From NCBI GenBank assembly GCA_002269645.1, contig NIVC01002212.1, positions 1 through 64,000 on the forward strand: a stretch of 64,000 nucleotides of DNA. The letters run 5' to 3'. This document shows, piece after piece, positions 23,109 to 35,153 of the stretch. How positions within the stretch are numbered: position 1 is the stretch's first letter; the number at the start of each line of letters is the position of its first letter. The notes below the pieces were generated by a model. It was not told the DNA's origin, did no database searches, and saw only the letters and a program-made list of their open reading frames with translations. The translations under genes were made by a program, and so were the position numbers. The stretch is from Macrostomum lignano (taxonomy: Eukaryota).

Positions 23109-26057
23109 GGTTTGTGAAGTGTAGGGTTTGTGAAGTGTAGAGTTTGTGAAGTGTAGGGTTTGTGAAGTGTAGGGTTTGTGAAGTGTAGGGTTTGTGAAGT
23201 GTAGGGTTTGTGAAGTGTAGGGTTTGTGAAGTGTAGGGTTTGTGAAGTGTAGGGTTTGTGAAGTGTAGGGTTTGTGAAGTGTAGGGTTTGTGAAGTGTAG
23301 AGTTTGTGAAGTGTAGGGTTTGTGAAGTGTAGGGTTTGTGAAGTGTAGGGTTTGTGAAGTGTAGGGTTTGTGAAGTGTAGGGTTTGTGAAGTGTAGGGTT
23401 TGTGAAGTGTAGGGTTTGTGAAGTGTAGAGTTTGTGAAGTGTAGGGTTTGTGAAGTGTAGGGTTTGTGAAGTTAAGGGTTTGTGAAGTGTGGGGTTTGTG
23501 AAGTGTAGAGTTTGTGAAGTGTAGGGTTTGTGAAGTGTAGGGTTTGTGAAGTGTAGGGTTTGTGAAGTGTAGGGTTTGTGAAGTGTAGGGTTTGTGAAGT
23601 GTAGGGTTTGTGAAGTGTAGGGTTTGTGAAGTGTAGGGTTTGTGAAGTGTAGGGTTTGTGAAGTGTAGGGTTTGTGAAGTGTAGAGTTTGTGAAGTGTAG
23701 GGTTTGTGAAGTGTAGGGTTTGTGAAGTGTAGGGTTTGTGAAGTGTAGGGTTTGTGAAGTGTAGGGTTTGTGAAGTGTAGGGTTTGTGAAGTGTAGACTT
23801 TGTGAAGTGTAGAGTTTGTGAAGTGTAGGGTTTGTGAAGTGTAGGGTTTGTGAAGTTAAGGGTTTGTGAAGTGTAGGGTTTGTGAAGTGTAGAGTTTGTG
23901 AAGTGTAGGGTTTGTGAAGTTAAGGGTTTGTGACGTGTAGAGTTTGTGAAGTGTAGGGTTTGTGAAGTGTAGGGTTTGTGAAGTGTAGGGTTTGTGAAGT
24001 GTAGGGTTTGTGAAGTGTAGGGTTTGTGAAGTGTAGGGTTTGTGAAGTGTAGGGTTTGTGAAGTGTAGGGTTTGTGAAGTGTAGGGTTTGTGAAGTGTAG
24101 AGTTTGTGAAGTGTAGGGTTTGTGAAGTGTAGGGTTTGTGAAGTTAAGGGTTTGTGAAGTGTAGAGTTTGTGAAGTGTAGGGTTTGTGAAGTTAAGGGTT
24201 TGTGACGTGTAGAGTTTGTGAAGTGTAGGGTTTGTGAAGTGTAGGGTTTGTGAAGTGTAGGGTTTGTGAAGTGTAGGGTTTGTGAAGTGTAGGGTTTGTG
24301 AAGTGTAGGGTTTGTGAAGTGTAGGGTTTGTGAAGTGTAGAGTTTGTGAAGTGTAGGGTTTGTGAAGTGTAGGGTTTGTGAAGTTAAGGGTTTGTGAAGT
24401 GTAGGGTTTGTGAAGTGTAGAGTTTGTGAAGTGTAGGGTTTGTGAAGTGTAGGGTTTGTGAAGTGTAGGGTTTGTGAAGTGTAGGGTTTGTGAAGTGTAG
24501 GGTTTGTGAAGTGTAGGGTTTGTGAAGTGTAGGGTTTGTGAAGTGTAGGGTTTGTGAAGTGTAGGGTTTGTGAAGTGTAGGGTTTGTGAAGTGTAGAGTT
24601 TGTGAAGTGTAGGGTTTGTGAAGTGTAGGGTTTGTGAAGTTAAGGGTTTGTGAAGTGTAGAGTTTGTGAAGTGTAGGGTTTGTGAAGTTAAGGGTTTGTG
24701 ACGTGTAGAGTTTGTGAAGTGTAGGGTTTGTGAAGTGTAGGGTTTGTGAAGTGTAGAGTTTGTGAAGTGTAGGGTTTGTGAAGTGTAGGGTTTGTGAAGT
24801 GTAGAGTTTGTGAAGTGTAGGGTTTGTGAAGTGTAGGGTTTGTGACGTGTAGGGTTTCTGAAGTTAAGGGTTTGTGAAGTGTAGGGTTTGTGAAGTGTAG
24901 AGTTTGTGAAGTGTAGGGTTTGTGAAGTTAAGGGTTTGTGACGTGTAGAGTTTTTGAAGTGTAGGGTTTGTGAAGTGTAGGGTTTGTGAAGTGTAGAGTT
25001 TGTGAAGTGTAGGGTTTGTGAAGTTAAGGGTTTGTGATGTGTAGAGTTTGTGGAGTGTAGGGTTTGTGAAGTGTAGGGTTTGTGAAGTGTAGGGTTTGTG
25101 AAGTGTAGGGTTTGTGAAGTGTAGGGTTTCTGAAGTTAAGGGTTTGTGAAGTGTAGGGTTTGTGAAGTTAAGGGTTTGTGACGTGTAGGGTTTCTTAAGT
25201 TAAGGGTTTGTGAAGTGTAGGGTTTGTGAAGTGTAGGGTTTCTGAAGTTAAGGGTTTGTGAAGTGTAGGGTTTGTGAAGTGTAGGGTTTGTGAAGTGTAG
25301 GGTTTGTGAAGTTAAGGGTTTGTGACGTGTAGGGTTTGTGAAGTTAAGGGTTTGTGACGTGTAGAGTTTGTGGAGTGTAGGGTTTGTGAAGTGTAGGGTT
25401 TGTGAAGTGTAGGGTTTGTGAAGTGTAGGGTTTGTGAAGTGTAGGGTTTGTGAAGTGTAGGGTTTGTGAAGTGTAGGGTTTGTGAAGTGTAGGGTTTGTG
25501 AAGTTAAGGGTTTGTGACGTGTAGGGTTTCTGAAGTTAAGGGTTTGTGAAGTGTAGGGTTTGTGAAGTGTAGGGTTTGTGAAGTGTAGGGTTTGTGAAGT
25601 TAAGAGTTTGTGACGTGTAGGGTTTCTGAAGTTAAGGGTTTGTGAAGTGTAGGGTTTGTGAAGTGTAGGGTTTGTGAAGTGTAGGGTTTCTGAAGTTAAG
25701 GGTTTGTGAAGTGTAGGGTTTGTGAAGTTAAGGGTTTGTGACGTGTAGGGTTTCTTAAGTTAAGGGTTTGTGAAGTGTAGGGTTTGTGAAGTGTAGGGTT
25801 TGTGAAGTGTAGGGTTTGTGAAGTGTAGGGTTTGTGAAGTGTAGGGTTTGTGAAGTGTAGGGTTTGTGAAGTGTAGGGTTTGTGAAGTTAAGGGTTTGTG
25901 ACGTGTAGGGTTTGTGAAGTTAAGGGTTTGTGACGTGTAGGGTTTCTTAAGTTAAGGGTTTGTGAAGTGTAGGGTTTGTGAAGTGTAGGGTTTCTGAAGT
26001 TAAGGGTTTGTGAAGTGTAGGGTTTGTGAAGTGTAGGGTTTGTGAAGTGTAGGGTTT
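23109..26057. repeat. 16-bp telomere-like satellite GTGTAGGGTTTGTGAA, about 184 copies
   Basis: G-rich strand on +. Variants are GTTAAGGG, GTAGAG, TTTCTG and GACG. Confidence 0.97.
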
Positions 26058-27264
26058 CAAGTTTAGTTTAAGCACTCACCAATTTCCCGACTCAAAGTTC
26101 AACTTTCCCACACAGTTCGACGAGGTCGCGGGCTCGATTTGCGCCTGCTCAATGAAAAAAGCGCGGAGGCAGTCAATCAGCTGATCCACTGTCAGCAGCA
26201 GCAGAGCTGTCAGCTTCAGCAGCAGCAGAAATGGCCAGGAAATCATGGCCAGAAAGTCCAGTTTGCTTTCGCCGCAGCAGTTGTCAGCCATGCCGAGTTC
26301 CGCTATCTTGCGGTCCCCATCGCGGATCCGGCAGGGTTGTGTGGGGCTATCAAAGTCGGTTCGCGAGCCCCTGCTTTGCCCCAGACGACTTTGGCAGAGA
26401 GGCGGGCGTGACTCCGCAAGCGAGGGTGGGGAGATCTATATTAAGGGGTCCCAGCGTGTCCCGCACGTCTTGGGGATGCGGGAGAGGCGGGTTTGTGTGG
26501 GAGAGGACAGACTGAAGGGGGGTGACACGCGAAGAAGGGGAGGCCGACCAATAACAGCCATTACCCTCAGTGTTTCTCCCCAATGTACACTCGGATAGGG
26601 GAGGAGAGCTGGCTGGCCTTGCCAATAGAGTTTTGGGAACTTGGGCAGGATAAGCTGGAAAAGAACCCCTCGCGCCGCTCAACCCCCCCTCAGATTTGCC
26701 TCCTCCGCCCGAGAGCCCCAGAGGCTGACGTCACCTCCTCTGGCAGCGCTGAGGTGCGGCTGTGAGCGCCGCTACTCGAGCTCAGCTCATTCTGCGAATC
26801 GATTTCCCTATGCGGATGGGAATTTCGAATCTCCACCCGCAGATATTCGGGGACAGCCGCTATATCGAGCGCTCCGAGATTCATTTATCCCATGGTTGCG
26901 AGGCGCACCGCACCAACAGGCTTTTCAGACTTTCAGAGTAGCGACCCGCTATAAGAAACTGGCGCGTCGGGCAGCACAGGAGACGGAGCCGCCGGAGTGC
27001 AAGAAATTCTGAAAAACAATTCTCCAAGGCGTTCGTTCAACGATTCTCAATCTAGCTCGAAATTTAGCAGCACCTTGTAAATAAATGATTTATAAACCAT
27101 TAAATTAAATTTAATTTAAATTAACTCATAACCACAGATACTATACACGTAAAAGAATCGAACTTGTATAAGAATTTTTAAAAAAGGTTCCAGAGCATGA
27201 CGTCACATTGTCTGCTGTGCAGTTTAGTTGCTTGAATTTTTCAGATTGCACTGAATATCTTATA

Positions 27265-28310
27265 AGGGGCACCAGCTACAGAGGGGGCGCCAGCTACAAA
27301 GGGGCGGTAGCTACAGAGGGGCGCAGCTACAGAGGGGCGCCAGCTACAGACGGGCGCCAGCTACAGAGGGGCGCAGCTACAGAGGGGCGCCAGCTACAGA
27401 GGGGCGCCAGCTACAGAGGGGCGCCAGCTACAGAGGGGATGCCAGATAAAGAGGGGATGCCAGATAAAGAGGGGCGCCAGCTACAGAGGGGGTGCCAGCT
27501 ATAGAGGGGGTGCCAGCTAAATAGGGGGTGCCAGCTACAGAGGGGGCGCCAGCTACAGAGGGGCGCCAGCTACAGAGGGGATGCCAGATAAAGAGGGGGT
27601 GCCAGATAAAGAGGGGCGCCAGCTACAGAGGGGGTGCCAGCTACAGAGGGGGTGCCAGATAAAGAGGGGCGCCAGCTACAGAGGGGATGCCAGATAAAGA
27701 GGGGGTGCCAGATAAAGAGGGGCGCCAGCTACAGAGGGGGTGCCAGCTACAGAGGGGGTGCCAGCTAAAGAGGGGGTGCCAGCTACAGAGGGGGCGCCAG
27801 CTACAGAGGGGCGCCAGCTACAGAGGGGATGCCAGATAAAGAGGGGGTGCCAGATAAAGAGGGGCGCCAGCTACAGAGGGTGTGCCAGCTACAGAGGGGG
27901 CGCCAGCTACAGAGGGGGCGCCAGCTACAGAGGGGGCGCCAGCTACAGAGGGGGCGCCAGCTACAGAGGGGGCGCCAGCTACAGAGGGGGCGCCAGCTAC
28001 AGAGGGGGTGCCAGCTAAAGAGGGGATGCCAGCTACGGAGGGAGCGCCAGCTACAGAGGGGGCGCCAGCTACAAAGGGGGCGCCAGCTACAAAGGGGGCG
28101 CCAGCTACAGAGGGGGCGCCAGCTACAGAGGGGGCGCCAGCTACAGAGGGGGCGCCAGCTACAGAGGGGGCGCCAGCTACAGAGGGGGCGCCAGCTACAG
28201 AGGGGGCGCCAGCTACAGAGGGGCGCCAGCTACAGAGGGGGCGCAAGCTACAGAGGGGGCGCCAGCTACAGAGGGGGCGCCAGCTACAGAGGGGGCGCCA
28301 GCTACAGAGG
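27265..28310. repeat. 17/18-bp minisatellite GAGGGG(G)CGCCAGCTACA, about 59 copies
   Basis: Reverse complement of the 4621-4957 unit. It includes GATGCCAGATAAA variants. Confidence 0.95.
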
Positions 28311-29044
28311 CACAGGCTACAAAAGTTTTTGCTCGAAGCTGGCTGCTCCGAGCGCATGATTGACTCGCCGACATTTCCATAAAAGCGGAAAATACCGGCG
28401 GGCAGTTCTGGTGCTCCCAAAAGAGTCAAATCAGAAGCAGCCCGACTCAAATCTACGCTCGTATTCAGGAAATTCCAGTTTCCAAGGTCAAGCAAAACGC
28501 ACTGGTCACTGATAAACAAATCAGAATGACAAGTTGCAAATGCTTCTAAAATTAATTCTGATTACACGCTCGGCATGGACTTCTTGATTCCATGTTCTAT
28601 TTTTAGAAGTCCATGGTCAATGCAGCAAAGAGCAAAGCTATTTTCGAGCCTGACTTCAGGTCTTCAGCTGCCACGCTAAAATTAGCTTTGGCAGTTTTGT
28701 CATTTCGGAGTCATTTCGGCGGCAATTTGGGCCAAAAGAAAGCAGAGGTTTCCTTCTCTCGGCTGGAGCTTGGGACAGCGCTAGCGACGGCGGCAGTTAT
28801 TCCAGCAGCCATAAATCATCGCCATAACATGAGCCGGAGAAACAGGTTTGAAAGGAATTCCTGCAGGCCCGTGTAACTGTTTCTGATGGAGCTAGAAGTC
28901 TGGTAAAGTAGTAATGACAAATACCGCTTTCACCAGAAAAATGTTTAAGCGAAATGGCTTAAATAGTTGTCAATTAAAAGTACAATGTTCCGCAAGGAAA
29001 CAGATTTAAAGCAATTATTTCGATTCACATTCAGAACAATAATT

Positions 29045-29600
29045 GGGTCCACATTCGGAACACTGTTCGGGTCCACATTCGGAACACTGTTCGGATCCAC
29101 ATTCGGAACACTGTTCGGATCCACATTCGGAACACTGTTCGGTTCCACATTCGGAACACTGTTCGGATCCACATTCGGAACACTGTTCGGATCCACATTC
29201 GGAACACTGTTCGGATCCACATTCGGAACACTGTTCGGATCCACATTCGGAACACTGTTCGGATCCACATTCGGAACACTGTTCAGATCCACATTCGGAA
29301 CACTGTTCGGTTCCACATTCGGAACACTGTTCGGTTCCACATTCGGAACACTGTTCGGGTTTAACATTCGGAACAATATTCGGGTTCACATTCGGAACAA
29401 TGTTCGGGTTCACATTCGAAACAATTTTCGGGTCCACATTCCGAATATTCGGGTCTACATTCGGAACAAGATTCGGGTCTACATTCGGAACAAGATTCGG
29501 GTCTACATTCGGAACAAGATTCGGGTCTACATTCGGAACAAGATTCGGGTCTACATTCGGAATAAGATTCGGGTCTACATTCGGAACAATATTCGGATTC
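29045..29600. repeat. 24-bp minisatellite CGGATCCACATTCGGAACACTGTT switching to CGGGTCTACATTCGGAACAAGATT
   Basis: Tandem array with two variant blocks. Confidence 0.95.
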
Positions 29601-30451
29601 ACATTCGCAACAAAATCGCTGTGGCCTATTCAGGGCATGCAGCTATATTGAATAAAAATGAATTTCCATCCAACACGATCTGCGCAGAACAACTCAAGGC
29701 CTCACCCGGATGTCCGACTGCGCCAGATGCAGGCAGCTCACCCGGCCGCAAATTCGAGTCCTGGTGACCTGGAGACTTCGGGCCGCCGGCTGATCGACCT
29801 CGCTGGCCGCCGCCGGACCCACCGGCCGCTCCAGTCGGAGTTCCCGCAGCGAGCGCAGCGCGGCGGCCAGCTGGAGCTCGGCGGCTTTGAAGGAACTTCG
29901 CTGCTGATCGAAACTGGGAAGTTGAAGCATTGAAACTGGGAGAATTCTCAGACTTCGAGGCCAGGCTACGGAGCACAGAAAGAATCTTGAATGTCGAACG
30001 AAACGGCGCTGGAGATCTCGAGTCGTATTTTTCTTGTTATTGCAACATCGACTTTGAATGCCTGCAAAGTTGGGCGCTTGCAGCTGCAGTTCAGGCTTTA
30101 ATACTTGTGTAAGTGCGAAGCAGGGAGAGGCGGCTGAGGGAGAGGCAGAGGCCGTTGCAGTCACCAAGCGTTCATCAAGCGGGCAATAAAGTGCTTTCTG
30201 GGTTTCCAACTTTGCTTCTGTTTTCAAATTTTCCAGTTGCAGAGAGAGAGAGAAATGCCAGTGCGAGGCAATTTCCTTATGTTTTCATTAATTTCTGGCG
30301 TGGCAAAATGCGTGCATTCGCAATACGAGACTGCCACTGGGTCTCTTCCTTGCAGTGAGTATCAGCTGGGATCTTGAACTCCTTCCTAGCTGGCCTTTTT
30401 CACCGGCACCTGCAGACATTGGGGGTTGACGAGGGTCAAGGGCGGGGAGCT

Positions 30452-30792
30452 GCTGAGATTTCCAATGCTCAAATGAGGGGTTGCTGAGATTTCCAATGCT
30501 CAAATGGGGGCTGCTGAGAAGCCAATGCTCAAGGGGGTTGCTGAGATGCCAATGCTCAAATGGGGAGTTTCTGAGAAGCCAATGCTGAAATGGGGGGTTG
30601 CTGAGATTTCCAATGCTCAAATGAGGGCTGCTGAGAAGCCAATGCTCAAGGGGGTTGCTGAGATGCCAATGCTCAAATGGGGAGTTTCTGAGAAGCCAAT
30701 GCTGAAATGGGGGGTTGCTGAGATTTCCAATGCTCAAATGGGGGCTGCTGAGAAGCCAATGCTCAAGGGGGTTGCTGAGAAGCCAATGCTCA
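30452..30792. repeat. About 28-31-bp minisatellite (GCTGAGAAGCCAATGCTCAAATGGGG) with a 120-bp four-unit superperiod
   Basis: The variant order repeats at +120 (30504 versus 30624). Confidence 0.9.
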
Positions 30793-31894
30793 AAGCATTT
30801 CAAATACTAAACACTTTTCTAGATTTGCTCGGAGAGAAGAAAGCTCATGAAACGGAAAGAATAAGAATAATATGCATAGCAGCACTTAATGCATTAAAAA
30901 GAAATTTGCTGTGCTTTAACTGCACGTTTCCAAAAGAGCCAGTGTGCTATTGGTCGCTATTGTCTACTTCCCGGCAGTAGTGCCGTTGGAATGCTGATGC
31001 CACGCAGTTTACTGTCGGAATTCGTCTTGGTAAAATTTGAGCTGAAACCTTCTTGATTTTTGAATCCTTTTATGCTTATGGTTTAATCTGAATCGCATTC
31101 CTCATCACCGTTTCCAGAGCATCTGCACCACATTTGTGGAAATCTGTGGCTCCGATGCTGTTTAAAAGGCTGTTTGAAGAAGCTCTGACTTCACGAGTTG
31201 AATCCGAGATTAAATTTGTGCTACTCGTAGTAGTGAAACTGGAGCTCCTGCATCTAAAACTGACAACATCAAGTCGAATCGCTGCAGTTTACCGTCCATG
31301 CAGTATTTAGCTGTCCCTGGCTCCTATTGTCTTTTCCACACAATGGAGCGCAGAGCGACCTGGCAAAAGTGCATGCAGGACAGCTTGAAGGAGAGGGTGG
31401 TGGGGCCTGACTTTGCCCACTGTGGCTGCGGCGTGTATGAAAGTACTTTTGTTGGCTGTGAAGCGGTACCTCTAATTTACAGTTGAGAGCCTCGGACCCA
31501 AGCTGGTATGCTAGTTAATTAACTGCGACCTGTGTCTTGGAGTAAGGAGTTGATGGGGTTGCCAGGAAACACGGGAACTGCTGAGTTTGAGGAGGGGAAC
31601 AGAAAACAGAAAACAAAGTGTTTTTTACTTCACTTGAATTTTCCTCCCACTTAAATTCTTTCAGCCAGCCTGAGTTTTCTTGCTGGCGCTGGAGCCTTTT
31701 GTTTACACAAGTTCAATAGTGCACGTCTGCTGCTGTGATGCTGGAATGATGCTGCTGACTCCGGTCTGCCAGCTCGTTCAATATTCCATTGTGTTGGTCA
31801 ACTTTGCCACGCAATGGGTGCCGATGGGAATCGTTCACCCGGAACGTGAACTCTTACTTCTCCTTTAAATCAAAGGCTTCAGAATATTCTTCTA

Positions 31895-32675
31895 CTAGAA
31901 TATGCTTCCAGTAGAACATGCTTCTATTGTAGAATATGCTTCTATTGTAGAATATGCTTCTATTGTAGAATATGCTTCTATTGTAGAATATGCTTCTATT
32001 GTAGAATATGCTTCTATTGTAGAATATGCTTCTATTGTAGAATATGCTTCTATTGTAGAATATGCTTCTATTGTAGAATATGCTTCTATTGTAGAATATG
32101 CTTCTATAGTAGAATATGCTTCTATTGTAGAATATGCTTCTATTGTAGAATATGCTTCTATAGTAGAATATGCTTCTATAGTAGAATATGCTTCTATTGT
32201 AGAATATGCTTCTATTGTAGAATATGCTTCTATAGTAGAATATGCTTCTATTGTAGAATATGCTTCTATTGTAGAATATGCTTCTATTGTAGAATATGCT
32301 TCTATTGTAGAATATGCTTCTATTGTAGAATATGCTTCTATTGTAGAATATGCTTCTATTGTAGAATATGCTTCTATTGTAGAATATGCTTCTATAGTAG
32401 AATATGCTTCTATTGTAGAATATGCTTCTATTGTAGAATATGCTTCTATTGTAGAATATGCTTCTATAGTAGAATATGCTTCTATAGTAGAATATGCTTC
32501 TATTGTAGAATATGCTTCTATTGTAGAATATGCTTCTATAGTAGAATATGCTTCTATTGTAGAATATGCTTCTATTGTAGAATATGCTTCTATTGTAGAA
32601 TATGCTTCTATAGTAGAATATGCTTCTATAGTAGAATATGCTTCCAGTAGGATATGCTTCCAGTAGGATATGCTT
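31895..32675. repeat. 18-bp AT-rich minisatellite TAGAATATGCTTCTATTG, about 42 copies
   Basis: Each unit contains a TAGAA/TTCTA inverted pair. Confidence 0.97.
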
Positions 32676-33581
32676 CAATGCGTTTGACTCGTGAATAGAG
32701 AAAAGTTTCATACTGAAATATAAACTCACAAACTGCACTGACCCACAGCAATCAAACAGTGAAATAATTGCAAAGCAAGCACTGCAGACATCAAGTCAGT
32801 GCTCAGTCTATTCATAGCCGCAGCTGAGACGGGCAAAGCTTTTACCTACTAAAGCATTTTCTCTAAGAAACAGGCGTAATGCAGCTGGCACGATAGTGTA
32901 AACAAATGAAGGCAGCATGGCCACAGATGATTTTAGTAATTTTCTCAGCTGCCGATGCATTTCGTCAAACGAGAGGGCATCTTTTTGGCCAGTTTTTATA
33001 CGAAGAGCAAGTGTTGCTGGATTCTTTTATTTATGCATTCTAAGAAAATGTCTTCTATTGCTGCTGCCTCCCTAATTTCGCAGCTGTCATTCCGCTGAAT
33101 AAAACAGCAGGCGGAAGGAGTGCAGAACGGAAAAGACGAAGAGATTGAAATTTAAATCAGAATTCATTGATTCAAGTTTCATAGTTCCTTTCCGCATCCT
33201 CATGAGAGCTTCATCAGTATCTTGCATGGCAAGATCGATCGAGTTGATCTACAAAACTTGCATAGGCGTCTAGGAGTGTGATATGCTAAGTAACTTGAGA
33301 AATTAAAAAAACAGTGAAATTCAAACAAACTTTTTGGATAACTGTGGACACGGTGTTCCATCAACATGTTGATATAAATTATTATCACCATGGGGTGCTC
33401 GCACAAAAGTTTTTTCATAGCAAGCAGAGTCTCTCATTGACGCTTTAGCTGATGTACATGTAAAAAATAAATAACTTTAAAATTAAAAATTCTAAAATAT
33501 TTCGAGTAATTTTGAAGGCATTTAAAATTAGAAAATATTTAAAAAACTGGATTCGCGGGTTAAAAGGTAATTTGCTCTGAT

Positions 33582-34885
33582 TGGCAGTGGGAACAGGGCA
33601 CAGGTGCAGAGAGCCAAAGCAGGATCTGCAGTGGGGACAGGGCACAGGTGCAGAGCCAAAGCAGGATCTGCAGTGGGGACAGGGCACAGGTGCAGAGCCA
33701 AAGCAGGATCTGCAGTGGGGACAGGGCACAGGTGCAGAGCCAAAGCAGGATCTGCAGTGGGAACAGGGCACAGGTGCAGAGCCAAAGCAGGATCTGCAGT
33801 GGGAACAGGGCACAGGTGCAGAGAGCCAAAGCAGGATCTGCAGTGGGGACAGGGCACAGGTGCAGAGCCAAAGCAGGATCTGCAGTGAAGACAGGGCACA
33901 GGTGCAGAGAGCCAAAGCAGGATCTGCAGTGGGGACAGGGCACAGGTGCAGAGAGCCAAAGCAGGATCTGCAGTGGGGACAGGGCACAGGTGCAGAGCCA
34001 AAGCAGGATCTGCAGTGGGGACAGGGCACAGGTGCAGAGCCAAAGCAGGATCTGCAGTGGGGACAGGGCACAGGTGCAGAGAGCCAAAGCAGGATCTGCA
34101 GTGGGGACAGGGCACAGGTGCAGAGCCAAAGCAGGATCTGCAGTGGGGACAGGGCACAGGTGCAGAGCCAAAGCAGGATCTGCAGTGGGGACAGGGCACA
34201 GGTGCAGAGAGCCAAAGCAGGATCTGCAGTGGGGACAGGGCACAGGTGCAGAGAGCCAAAGCAGGATCTGCAGTGGGGACAGGGCACAGGTGCAGAGAGC
34301 CAAAGCAGGATCTGCAGTGGGGACAGGGCACAGGTGCAGAGAGCCAAAGCAGGATCTGCAGTGGGGACAGGGCACAGGTGCAGAGCCAAAGCAGGATCTG
34401 CAGTGGGAACAGGGCACAGGTGCAGAGCCAAAGCAGGATCTGCAGTGGGAACAGGGCACAGGTGCAGAGAGCCAAAGCAGGATCTGCAGTGGGGACAGGG
34501 CACAGGTGCAGAGAGCCAAAGCAGGATCTGCAGTGGGGACAGGGCACAGGTGCAGAGAGCCAAAGCAGGATCTGCAGTGGGGACAGGGCACAGGTGCAGA
34601 GAGCCAAAGCAGGATCTGCAGTGGGGACAGGGCACAGGTGCAGAGAGCCAAAGCAGGATCTGCAGTGGGGACAGGGCACAGGTGCAGAGAGCCAAAGCAG
34701 GATCTGCAGTGGGGACAGGGCACAGGTGCAGAGAGCCAAAGCAGGATCTGCAGTGGGGACAGGGCACAGGTGCAGAGAGCCAAAGCAGGATCTGCAGTGG
34801 GGACAGGGCACAGGTGCAGAGAGCCAAAGCAGGATCTGCAGTGGGGACAGGGCACAGGTGCAGAGAGCCAAAGCAGGATCTGCAG
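33582..34885. repeat. 42/44-bp minisatellite, about 30 copies
   Basis: Unit GCAGTGGGGACAGGGCACAGGTGCAGA(GA)GCCAAAGCAGGATCT. Confidence 0.97.
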
Positions 34886-35153
34886 TTGCGACATTAAGTT
34901 CAACAGCCCAAGTATGGAAGTAGAAAGACAGGAAATCTCGTTTCTTAGAAAATATGTTGGGGCTGCTTTTGCACGAACAATACGAGCTACTCTTGTAGGA
35001 AAAAACTTGGAATGATCTGCTTTATAAAGCTTTTCTTAGAAACGACGTTTCCCGACCTCCTCAAGTCCCCTCTGTATGCAGCTTGATCGATTGTACTGGT
35101 AAGAAGAGAAAAATGTTCGTCAGATTTGCTCAGAGACCAGGCAAGCCTGTCGG

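Noticed and set aside
26641-27012. 123-aa plus-strand ORF
   Set aside because: No recognisable domain or supported gene structure.
28835-29760. Spliced RICGR|EFL.. resembling a relaxin B-chain
   Set aside because: There is no signal peptide, second B-chain Cys or A-chain, so the resemblance is probably chance.
14727-34885. Palindromic tandem arrays (33-, 24-, 55- and 18-bp) as CRISPR arrays
   Set aside because: The units abut directly with no unique spacers, there are no cas genes, and the context is a spliced eukaryotic genome.
34886-35015. Possible terminal exon after the 42/44-bp array
   Set aside because: The acceptor is supplied by the repeat unit itself, and no upstream partner exon was found.
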